From Candidatus Omnitrophota bacterium (GTDB taxonomy: Bacteria > Omnitrophota > Gorgyraeia > Zapsychrales > Fredricksoniimonadaceae), in NCBI GenBank assembly GCA_903908245.1, contig CAIVRE010000028.1, positions 1 to 58,089 of the forward strand: a stretch of 58,089 nucleotides of DNA, given 5' to 3'. The notes beneath the pieces are model-generated. The model made no database searches and was not told the origin of the DNA. It saw only the letters and a list, made by a program, of their open reading frames with translations. Shown here piece by piece: positions 16,953 through 24,772 of the stretch; the stretch's first letter is position 1; each line of letters begins with the position of its first letter. The position numbers and the translations under genes were made by a program.

Positions 16953-18163
16953 TTTTTCTCTCCCAGGATCCGGCCTCCTTCAAGGCAGATCATCAGTTCT
17001 TCCTCGGTTGGGACGCTCACAATAGCGACCTTCGAAGAGGAAGATTGAACAAAGGCCGCGGCATTCGACGCAGCCCGGTTATTTTTTTCTTTATCGATCA
17101 CAATACCCGCCCAGCCTAAAGATGCGCACACCTTTTCACGGATCAGCGGATTGCCGACACCGATATCGTCCGTAAAGACCAGCGCATCCACACGGCCCTT
17201 CAGCGCCATAACATAACTTCCGATATAACTTTTCAGGCGGTAAATATACATTTCCAGGGCGAGTTTCGCCCTTTCTCCATACTGCGGATCATCGATACGC
17301 CCGATAATATCCGTAAGATCGCTCGAAAAGCCCGAGATCCCGCGCAACCCGCTTGTATTATTCAGCATCGCCTCGATAGCCGAAGGCGTTGATCCGCGCT
17401 TTTGAGCCAGATACAAAAGGACCGCCGGATCAATGTCGCCGGAACGGGTGCTCATGATCAGCCCGGAATTGGGCGAAGATCCCATCGACGTATCCACGGA
17501 CGCGCCATTCTCGACCGCCATCACGCTCGCCCCGCCTGTCCCCAGGTGACAAACGATCATGTTCAACTTCTCCGCCGGGAGGTCAAGCAGTTCCGGCATC
17601 CGCCCGCAAATATACGCATAGGAGATCCCGTGAAAACCAAAGCGCCGGAATTTAAAACGGTCCACGATCCCCTGCGGCAGAGGGAAATGATACGCCCTCG
17701 GCGGGATCGTCGAATGAAAAGCGGAATCGATCACCAGATAATGCGGGATATCCCCGAACACCCGCATGGCCTCGTTGATCACGTTAAATGAAATGGGATT
17801 ATGCAGCGGCGCCAGCGGAAGGCACTCTTTGACCTTGGCCAGGCTGTCACGGTCCAGGATAGCCGACCGCTTGAAATACTCGCCGCCATGCACAAAACGA
17901 TGGCCGACGGCATCCACCGGGATCTTGTGCCCGACGATATACCGCGCGGCGAGCGCAGCCGCTGTCCTATGGTCGGGAATGTCAACGATCTCTTTTTCAA
18001 CCTTCCCGTTCCAGGCATTCTCGATATAAGAACGCTCGGTGCCCTGGACCCCGACCCGGTACGCCTTGCCCTTAAAGACAAGGGCGGCCTTGCCCGGACC
18101 CTGCAGGTCGAAGATCTTGTAGCTCAGCGAAGAACTTCCGCCATTAAAGACCAGAATATACAT
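16949..18163 (-). CDS. ackA: Acetate kinase with PPi-type signature motifs
   Basis: FNGGSSS, GHRFVHGG, PLHNP, DSAFH, GFHG, STRSGDIDP, PTEEE; variant motifs CHLGTGGAS and FTDDIG. Start at MYILV. Confidence 0.93.
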   Translation of the reverse strand: MYILVFNGGSSSLSYKIFDLQGPGKAALVFKGKAYRVGVQGTERSYIENAWNGKVEKEIVDIPDHRTAAALAARYIVGHKIPVDAVGHRFVHGGEYFKRSAILDRDSLAKVKECLPLAPLHNPISFNVINEAMRVFGDIPHYLVIDSAFHSTIPPRAYHFPLPQGIVDRFKFRRFGFHGISYAYICGRMPELLDLPAEKLNMIVCHLGTGGASVMAVENGASVDTSMGSSPNSGLIMSTRSGDIDPAVLLYLAQKRGSTPSAIEAMLNNTSGLRGISGFSSDLTDIIGRIDDPQYGERAKLALEMYIYRLKSYIGSYVMALKGRVDALVFTDDIGVGNPLIREKVCASLGWAGIVIDKEKNNRAASNAAAFVQSSSSKVAIVSVPTEEELMICLEGGRILGEKK

Positions 18164-19145
18164 AATGTTTATCAAGGTTAACGAATGAATTTTGGTTTCC
18201 CAGGCTTCTTTTCTGCGCCCGGACAACAGTCACCGCTGTGGCATCAACAATATCTTCCACGGAACACCCGCGGGAAAGGTCGCTGCAAGGCTGAAGCGTG
18301 CCCAGAATAATGGGGCCGATGGCGCGCGCATGCGCGAGGCGTTCGGTCAGCTTGTAGCCGATATTCCCGGCGTCGAGCGTTGGGAAAATAAGAACGTTTG
18401 CCTTACCAGCCACATCACTGCTCTTGAGCTTAAGCGCCGCGACCTCGGGCACCAAAGCACTGTCGAGCTGAAGCTCGCCATCAATAAAGAAGTCTTTCTT
18501 CAGATCCTTGGCAAGTTCAACCGATCGACGGACTTTTTCAACCAATTCCCCGCTGGCGCTGCCTTTGGTCGAGAAACTGAGCATGGCCACCCGCGCGGGC
18601 TTGTCCATGACATCCTGGAAGAACTGGGCGCCGGAGACCGCGATCTTCGCCAGCTGGGCGCTGGTGGGGTCCGGGATGACCCCGCAATCCCCGAAACACA
18701 TCACACCCTCTTCGCCATAAACACAGTCGGGAACAGCCATCAGGAACGCGCTCGTCACAAGCCCGATCCGGTCATTGATCTCCAGGCAGTAAATGACGGC
18801 ACGCATAACATCCGCCGTCGAATGCGCCGCGCCGGTCACCATGCCGTCGATAAAACCGCAGCGCAACATCATGGCTGCGTAAAAATGCTGGTCCTCCATG
18901 AACTCCCTGGCCTTGGCCAGCGTAAGCCCTTTGCCCTTGCGGTATTCATAAAGCAAATAGGCGAATTGTTCCTTCTGGAACTCCTCCATGTCTTCCCTGG
19001 CGAACAAAAGCGGCTCCGCGATCCCCTCGGAACGAATGATCTCGACCGCTTCAAGCACCCTCGGGTCCTTGGTCTCAGGGAAAATGATCCTTTTGGGATC
19101 AAGCCTGGCCTTATCCCGGATGCGATTAATGACATCCATGTACAT
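18144..19145 (-). CDS. pta: Phosphate acetyltransferase
   Basis: IIFPET, DGMVTGA, FGDCGV, DGELQLDSAL, FPTLDAGNIGYK, DLSRGCS. Confidence 0.95.
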   Translation of the reverse strand: MYMDVINRIRDKARLDPKRIIFPETKDPRVLEAVEIIRSEGIAEPLLFAREDMEEFQKEQFAYLLYEYRKGKGLTLAKAREFMEDQHFYAAMMLRCGFIDGMVTGAAHSTADVMRAVIYCLEINDRIGLVTSAFLMAVPDCVYGEEGVMCFGDCGVIPDPTSAQLAKIAVSGAQFFQDVMDKPARVAMLSFSTKGSASGELVEKVRRSVELAKDLKKDFFIDGELQLDSALVPEVAALKLKSSDVAGKANVLIFPTLDAGNIGYKLTERLAHARAIGPIILGTLQPCSDLSRGCSVEDIVDATAVTVVRAQKRSLGNQNSFVNLDKHYVYSGL

Positions 19146-19163
19146 AAAATGCTCCTTTAATTT

Positions 19164-20120
19164 TTATCCGTAGAAACACGCCTCGTTCCTGCCGGCCGCC
19201 TTGGCCATGTAAACCCCCAGATTCGCCTGCAGAAAGAATTCCTGAATGGTCATGCCAACGATAAAACGGGACATCCCGATGCTGATGGTAATGCCATTAT
19301 CCGTCATGGCCGCCTGAATCGCATCCTTGACCGACTTTGCCAGGCTCATCGCCTCATCCCTGTTCGTTTCCGGCAGGAGCACCAGGAACTGGTCCTGGGC
19401 CTGACGGCAAAGAATATCCGTCGTACGCAAATTCACCTTTAACAGGCCCGCGACCGCCTTTAACAGCTCGTCGCCTTTTTCCCGGCCGTTCTTTTGATTG
19501 TAGCCGGAAAAATTATCCAGATCGATCATCATCAATGACGTCGGATGAAAGATCCGCTCGACACGCCGGGTCTCGGCATCCAGGCAGGTCATGAAATACT
19601 GATAGTTACAAAGGCCGGTCAGCGGATCCTTGATCAATCCGTCAAAACTGCTGGCAGCATTGACATCGACCGGGACCAGGTCGGGGATCGGGCGCTCCTT
19701 GGACTTTCCGGCGGGCTTCATGGCGGCAACCTCTTCAAGGATGCCCTCCACACCGACCGGATCGCCGTTCTTGTCGCACAACATGGTGCTGTGCGCGGAA
19801 AGGACAACCTGGGAACCGTCCTTACGCAGCATCTTGACCAGGTAATTCTCCACAAAGCCTTCCTCCGATAATTTCTTGAGGAATTCCGCGCGGTCCGTCT
19901 TGCGTTCATAGAATTTTTCCGCAATATTATGCCCCAGCACCTCTTCCTGGCTGGAATACTGCAGGATCCTGGCCAATGACTGGCTGACGACGGAAATATT
20001 CCCGTGCTTGTCCGTCGAATAGAACCCCGCGCTGCGGCTGCCTGCCACCTTGCGGCCAGGCCGGTTCAAACTCACTGCTCCCCCTGTCGTTCTTAATCTG
20101 GTACTCTTTGCGTTATTCAT
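19164..20120 (-). CDS. PAS plus degenerate GGDEF domain protein
   Basis: PAS fold (RKDGS); DPLTGL; MIDLDNF; active site reads AQDQF; RTTD I-site retained. Confidence 0.88.
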   Translation of the reverse strand: MNNAKSTRLRTTGGAVSLNRPGRKVAGSRSAGFYSTDKHGNISVVSQSLARILQYSSQEEVLGHNIAEKFYERKTDRAEFLKKLSEEGFVENYLVKMLRKDGSQVVLSAHSTMLCDKNGDPVGVEGILEEVAAMKPAGKSKERPIPDLVPVDVNAASSFDGLIKDPLTGLCNYQYFMTCLDAETRRVERIFHPTSLMMIDLDNFSGYNQKNGREKGDELLKAVAGLLKVNLRTTDILCRQAQDQFLVLLPETNRDEAMSLAKSVKDAIQAAMTDNGITISIGMSRFIVGMTIQEFFLQANLGVYMAKAAGRNEACFYG

Positions 20121-20237
20121 GGTCCGCTCCTTTGTGTTGTGAGGCCGCTGCCCGCATGGCAGGAAGGCGTTTCACATATATTAAGTATTAGTTAACAAAA
20201 TAAAGCACAGGTTAACAACGGGGTCAAAAAAAATCCG

Positions 20238-20792
20238 TTAAAAACTGGGCGGGGTCACGACCCAAAGCGCTTCCGTCTCTCCCTTGAACATATTCTTGAA
20301 CGAATGGGGCGTGCTGGAATTAAAATAAATGCTGTCGCCCTTCCTGATCGTATGGTTCTTGTCTCCTAATGTGATCTCCAAAGACCCCTTCAAGACCAGG
20401 ACGAATTCCTGGCCGTAATGCGAATACGTGGACTCCCCCGACGCCGCGCTTTTCCCCAGCTTCATGAGCAAAGGCTGCATCTGCTTGTGCGGATTCGATT
20501 CCGACAGCAGATACATCTGGACGCCGCTCCCGGACTGCTTGAACGCCTTGCGCTGCCGTTCCGTGGTCACAAGCCGGTCCTCATTCTGGGCCCCGTCATC
20601 ATCGATCAGGCGGCCAACAGTCGTCTGCAATTCAGTCGCAATAGACTTAAGGGTGGCCAAAGAGGGCGATGCCTTGCCCTGTTCGACCTGGGACAGGAAA
20701 CTGGGACTGATCCCGACATCCTTGGCCAGGGCCCGGAGGGTCATATCCTGTTCTTCCCTTAAACGCCTGATACTTGCACCGATAACGCTCAT
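20238..20792 (-). CDS. XRE-family HTH plus cupin transcriptional regulator
   Basis: IRRLRE...GISPSFLSQVEQGKASPSLATL; HYGQEFVLVLKG; GDSIYFNS...HSF. AGGAG RBS. Confidence 0.92.
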   Translation of the reverse strand: MSVIGASIRRLREEQDMTLRALAKDVGISPSFLSQVEQGKASPSLATLKSIATELQTTVGRLIDDDGAQNEDRLVTTERQRKAFKQSGSGVQMYLLSESNPHKQMQPLLMKLGKSAASGESTYSHYGQEFVLVLKGSLEITLGDKNHTIRKGDSIYFNSSTPHSFKNMFKGETEALWVVTPPSF

Positions 20793-20814
20793 GGATCTCC
20801 TTGTTGATCGGAAG

Positions 20815-20873
20815 AAGATACAACACTTTGCAGGCCTTGTCAAGTGCTGATTAACAAAATCATCTTTTGTTAA
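20815..20873 (-). promoter_or_regulatory. Promoter plus upstream palindromic operator
   Basis: TTGACA (20838-20843)-17-TATCTT (20815-20820); palindrome TTAACAAAA-N5-TTTTGTTAA at 20851-20873. Confidence 0.6.
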
Positions 20874-20918
20874 CCCCTGATTAACATCACATTCCCGTCG
20901 GAAAGGCCGCCCGCCCCC

Positions 20919-21140
20919 CTACTTCAAATAATCTTTGTAAGGCTCGAGCATCTTGAACGCGCCTACGGTCCCCTGCCAGGAATAATAGGTTGCCACCAGC
21001 ACAATGACCGAAACAATGACCTTGCGGCGCAGGGAATAATACGGACTGAACCACACCATCGGAAGCGCGATCACCAGCAAACCCAGCACCGCCATAATGA
21101 CAACGCTGTCCTTGAAGAACCACGGACGTTCATCGGGCAT
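20919..21140 (-). CDS. Small two-TM membrane protein
   Basis: MPDERPWFF followed by two hydrophobic helices; GGGG RBS-like motif upstream. Confidence 0.7.
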   Translation of the reverse strand: MPDERPWFFKDSVVIMAVLGLLVIALPMVWFSPYYSLRRKVIVSVIVLVATYYSWQGTVGAFKMLEPYKDYLK

Positions 21141-21753
21141 CTTTTCCCCCCAAACATTGACTGATCCGGTCGACATTCTCGATCACGCCGCGCATCACGC
21201 GCGCCGACTTTCCCCCTATTTCATCCGCCGTCCCGGCCCGATGGAACCCCTCTTCCTCGTCACAGACAAACGCTTCGCATGAGTTCCGGATCACTCCAAG
21301 CAGATTGGCTACCTTATGCAGGTCCGGGCCCTCCGCTTCCTTAAAGAACGCCCCGCGGCTGATAACCGCAGGAACAGGCGCCCCCTCCCGCCCCAGAGCC
21401 TCGACGACCAGCGCTTCCAGGCACGCCAAAGACACCGGTTTATGAAGCACCGCAACAACTCCCAGGGACAGCACTTCACCGGCCTTTTCCTCTTCCAGGG
21501 CCTGGCCGGTGATCACAATGACCCTGGTCCGGACGTCGCTCCTGCGCAGCTCTTTAAGCGCATCGAGGCCGTTCATTTCATAAAGGGTCACATCAAGAAG
21601 GACAAGGTCCGGGCGGATCACGCCGATCAGCTTCAGGGCTTCGGCGCCGCTGGCCGTGGTCGAGACCTCGTAGCCGCGCCGGCCCAGGAAAGAATGCAGG
21701 GCCGCGCAGACATCCGGCTCATCCTCGACGACAAGGATCCTTGCGTTAGGCAT
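21130..21753 (-). CDS. Response regulator receiver with an H-box-like C-terminal helix pair
   Basis: VVEDE, LLDV, ITG, HKP; tail LHKVANLLGVI with no ATPase domain. Confidence 0.85.
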   Translation of the reverse strand: MPNARILVVEDEPDVCAALHSFLGRRGYEVSTTASGAEALKLIGVIRPDLVLLDVTLYEMNGLDALKELRRSDVRTRVIVITGQALEEEKAGEVLSLGVVAVLHKPVSLACLEALVVEALGREGAPVPAVISRGAFFKEAEGPDLHKVANLLGVIRNSCEAFVCDEEEGFHRAGTADEIGGKSARVMRGVIENVDRISQCLGGKDAR

Positions 21754-21800
21754 AAAAAAAGATTAGCACAAGCATCGAGGGAATACAACCAATAAGCGGC

Positions 21801-22028
21801 CTAACGGCACATATCCTCGAACAGCGTCACATCCGGCCGGACTTTGGGCCTGGCGCCTAAAGGAAAATACGCCTCTACTTCCGCTTTGGAACGCAGCAGC
21901 TCGAACGCTTCGCGCCCGCGATCCTCTTCCAACAGGGCGATGACCATGTTTTTCATCCGCCGCTCCTTTAAATTAACCAGGACCCGCATTTCTTTCGTAT
22001 TCTGATTGAGTATCATCAGCACTTTCAT
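21801..22028 (-). CDS. Hypothetical protein (75 aa)
   Basis: Co-oriented in the operon; ATGA-coupled to the upstream small ORF. Confidence 0.65.
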   Translation of the reverse strand: MKVLMILNQNTKEMRVLVNLKERRMKNMVIALLEEDRGREAFELLRSKAEVEAYFPLGARPKVRPDVTLFEDMCR

Positions 22029-22129
22029 ACGCGATCCTCAAGAAAGAACGGATGCGGGAACGAATCTCCCGGCACCGGATCGTTATAAAAACGCTCCCTC
22101 CACCTGTCAGATCTGAAATGATCGAACAT
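22025..22129 (-). CDS. 34-aa small protein missing from the ORF track
   Basis: MFDHFRSDRWRERFYNDPVPGDSFPHPFFLEDRV; AAAGGAG RBS; TGA overlaps the next ATG. Confidence 0.55.
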   Translation of the reverse strand: MFDHFRSDRWRERFYNDPVPGDSFPHPFFLEDRV

Positions 22130-22184
22130 ACGAGACTCCTTTCTGTTACATTCTTATGCATTTTATACAAAGATGCCACATATT

Positions 22185-22309
22185 ATGATGTTTGTCAAGG
22201 TCAGACAGAATAAAACATCATTATACGTAATATATTTATCCGCAATGACTTACAAGCATACTTAATATTTAAATGATTATTTTGTTTGACGAAATGGAAA
22301 AAACATCAT
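22185..22309. promoter_or_regulatory. Two equally spaced inverted-repeat operator candidates
   Basis: ATGATGTTT-N19-AAACATCAT (22185-22221) and ATGATTATT-N19-AAACATCAT (22273-22309). Confidence 0.6.
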
Positions 22310-22317
22310 AAATAAAC

Positions 22318-22346
22318 TTGACTTCCCGTTCTGCGGTAGATATATT
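22318..22346 (+). promoter_or_regulatory. Promoter giving a leaderless mRNA for the XRE gene
   Basis: TTGACT-17-TATATT ending 6 nt before ATG 22353; no Shine-Dalgarno. Confidence 0.6.
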
Positions 22347-22352
22347 TACTAT

Positions 22353-22964
22353 ATGAAACTTGGAGCAAAGATCCGACAACTTATAAAAGAAAGCCGCTAC
22401 AAGAATATCAGCGCTTTCCATCGTGAACTGGCCTCGATCTTTGAGGACAAAGCCGTCAATTACCGCACCCTCTCACAGATCGTCAACGATCACGCCCGTG
22501 CCAGGGAACGCACCTTGAATCAGATCGCCATTATCCTGGGGACCCGCACCTCCGACCTGCGTGCCGGTACTGACTCGGAACAGCTTGAGCAGGAAGAAAC
22601 GCTCGGCGCTTTTACCTATAATGACAAAGCGGTCTTGCGGGCAATGGAGAACGGCCTGCCATTCATGCCCAGCAAGCTCATCCTCAAGCGCGGCGGCCGC
22701 ACGTCTGAAGAACAGGACAGGCCCGACGGACCAAGATCCGTCAAATGGTGCGCGGTCATTATGGGAGGCGTACATTTATCTCTGACAGGAGCTTTGGGCG
22801 AGGAAAAGAAGACGTTCTACAAAGGCGCGGCTTTTTCATTCGACGCGCGCCAGCGGCATTCTTTTGAGAACGCCTACAAGGGGACCAGCGTGCTTTATAT
22901 CATCCACTCCCCGTCGTCAAACAGCGACCTTTACCTGGCGCCGGAGATCATGGCTACCCTTTGA
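22353..22964 (+). CDS. XRE-like HTH plus cupin regulator
   Basis: N-terminal helical HTH-like region (YRTLSQIVND...TLNQIAIILG); C-terminal cupin with FSFDARQRHSF. Confidence 0.8.
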   Translation: MKLGAKIRQLIKESRYKNISAFHRELASIFEDKAVNYRTLSQIVNDHARARERTLNQIAIILGTRTSDLRAGTDSEQLEQEETLGAFTYNDKAVLRAMENGLPFMPSKLILKRGGRTSEEQDRPDGPRSVKWCAVIMGGVHLSLTGALGEEKKTFYKGAAFSFDARQRHSFENAYKGTSVLYIIHSPSSNSDLYLAPEIMATL

Positions 22965-23718
22965 TCCCTACAATTCCCGTATAATCCACGCGATGCATAA
23001 GCATCCGGATATCGTTATCCCGAAAATACTCATCCACCGCCTGCCGAGAACCCAAAAAATGCCCGTAATCATCAACAATAAGAACGCCTCCACGGCATAA
23101 ACGTGGAAAAAGATGAACAAGCTCATGTTTGGTGGAGCCGTAGAAATCCGTATCAAGCCGCAATAATGCTATTGATTCCGGCGACTGTTGAGGAAGGGTC
23201 TCTTCCACTTTCCCTTGAATAAAGTAAAACCGCTGTTTTGCACTATCGATCCTGGCGATATTCTCCTTCACCTCGGACAAAGACGACTCATTCCACAAAC
23301 CACCCCTGTCCTGAACAATTTTTTGTCCGCGATACCAGGCCTCATCATGCCCATCCAGGTCAATATCCATTTTCTCCCCGGGAGGCATTCCGGTAAACGT
23401 ATCAAAAAGATACAGATCGCGTGATCGCTGCAAATAATCCAGGGCCATCGCGATCGCCATTACCGAACCGCCCTTCCAAACCCCGCATTCCACCATAGCA
23501 CCGGGGATATTATTACGGACAAGATATTCGACACTGCGAATGAGTGCAAAAAGCCTTTCACGGCCCGTCTGTGTAAATGGCTTACACCGATCAATGACCT
23601 TTTTCTGTTCGGTGGTGATATAAGGGATAACGCCGGCAAAATAAGCATCATCCATGCGCTCGGATGGGATAATGTCATACCCAAAACACCGGGTGAATCT
23701 TCTTAACAAATTCTCCAT
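22954..23718 (-). CDS. TylF/MycF/NovP-family O-methyltransferase
   Basis: IPGAMVECGVWKGGS, LFDTFTGMP, LLRLDTDFY, VDDYG. Confidence 0.9.
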   Translation of the reverse strand: MENLLRRFTRCFGYDIIPSERMDDAYFAGVIPYITTEQKKVIDRCKPFTQTGRERLFALIRSVEYLVRNNIPGAMVECGVWKGGSVMAIAMALDYLQRSRDLYLFDTFTGMPPGEKMDIDLDGHDEAWYRGQKIVQDRGGLWNESSLSEVKENIARIDSAKQRFYFIQGKVEETLPQQSPESIALLRLDTDFYGSTKHELVHLFPRLCRGGVLIVDDYGHFLGSRQAVDEYFRDNDIRMLMHRVDYTGIVGIKG

Positions 23719-23739
23719 TGGCCTTCCTCTAAAGAAATA

Positions 23740-24138
23740 TCAAGACAACCTGAAACTGAACCCGCCGCGTTTGTCGAGTTCACGCTCGATGGTCAGCAAA
23801 AGCGCCTTGAGCGAAATAGGCTTGGACATGTAGATCCCGCCCAGGCTTTCCACTTTATGCGACTGCGCCGGGCCGCCCAGGCCGGTGACCATGATCACCA
23901 CCGTCAAAGGGCAATGGCGCCTGACATGCTCGAGAATCGTGAACCCGTCGATACCAGGCATATTCTGGTCCAGAAGGACAACATGGAACTCTTCCCTGTC
24001 AATAAGCTCCAAAGCCTCCTTGCCATCCGGCCTTTCCACGATCACACACGCAAGGCGCTTGCTTAGGAAGCCGGCAATGTTCGCCCGCACCTCTGGATCA
24101 TCGTCAACAATCAGTATCCTGGGTGTTGTCATCTTCAC
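23740..24138 (-). CDS. Single-domain response regulator
   Basis: IVDDD, LLDQNMPGIDG, VTG, SKP. Confidence 0.92.
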   Translation of the reverse strand: MKMTTPRILIVDDDPEVRANIAGFLSKRLACVIVERPDGKEALELIDREEFHVVLLDQNMPGIDGFTILEHVRRHCPLTVVIMVTGLGGPAQSHKVESLGGIYMSKPISLKALLLTIERELDKRGGFSFRLS

Positions 24139-24389
24139 AATTGATCCCCGATCCCGGCATCGGGATCCGTGAAACGGTACGACAGGCTTTTCAGGCGCGC
24201 CATCGACCTGTCAAGCTCCAGAAGGGCCTTCTCGGCCGCGGAACAACAGGAGATCGAATCCTTGATGACCTCCTGGTTCTGTGCCGACACCTCCAGCGTC
24301 TCCATGGACCTCTTGGCGATCCCGACCCCCATAAGCGCCGTGTTGATCTTGTTGCCAACATCATGATACTGGCTTCTTAATGTCACCAT
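24135..24389 (-). CDS. Stand-alone DHp/HisKA-like protein (84 aa)
   Basis: GGGGAG RBS; YHDVGNKIN followed by two amphipathic helices; GTGA-coupled to the next receiver. Confidence 0.65.
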   Translation of the reverse strand: MVTLRSQYHDVGNKINTALMGVGIAKRSMETLEVSAQNQEVIKDSISCCSAAEKALLELDRSMARLKSLSYRFTDPDAGIGDQL

Positions 24390-24402
24390 AACTCTCCCCC
24401 GG

Positions 24403-24759
24403 TTACTTTTCCACGGAACGGACGACCGCCAGAAGGTCATCGACCGTCGCGGGCTTTTTGAGGAACCACATCGCCCCCTGCTCCAGCGATGACTGCTCGT
24501 ATTCCTCCCGATAAGCAGACGCCATGCACACCATTGTTTCCGGCGTGGTCGCATGAACGCGCCGGAGCACATCCATGCCGTTCATGGCCGCGTTCAGGTT
24601 AATATCCAGGAACACAAAATCCGGCTTGTGCGTTTCAATATGCCGGACTGCCGCCTCGGGGCCGTCAACCGTATCCACATCCGCAAAGCCTTCCGCTTTC
24701 AGAAAACGGGCCAGCAGCCCCGAAAGCTCGACCTCGTCATCGACTAAAAGAATACGCAT
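24403..24759 (-). CDS. Single-domain response regulator
   Basis: LVDDE, FLDINL, ASA, KKP. Confidence 0.92.
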   Translation of the reverse strand: MRILLVDDEVELSGLLARFLKAEGFADVDTVDGPEAAVRHIETHKPDFVFLDINLNAAMNGMDVLRRVHATTPETMVCMASAYREEYEQSSLEQGAMWFLKKPATVDDLLAVVRSVEK

Positions 24760-24772
24760 GTCCTTCTCCCCG

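Noticed and set aside
21973..22179. 68-aa ORF from the track
   Set aside because: No RBS; the 34-aa ORF in another frame has a strong RBS and ATGA coupling.
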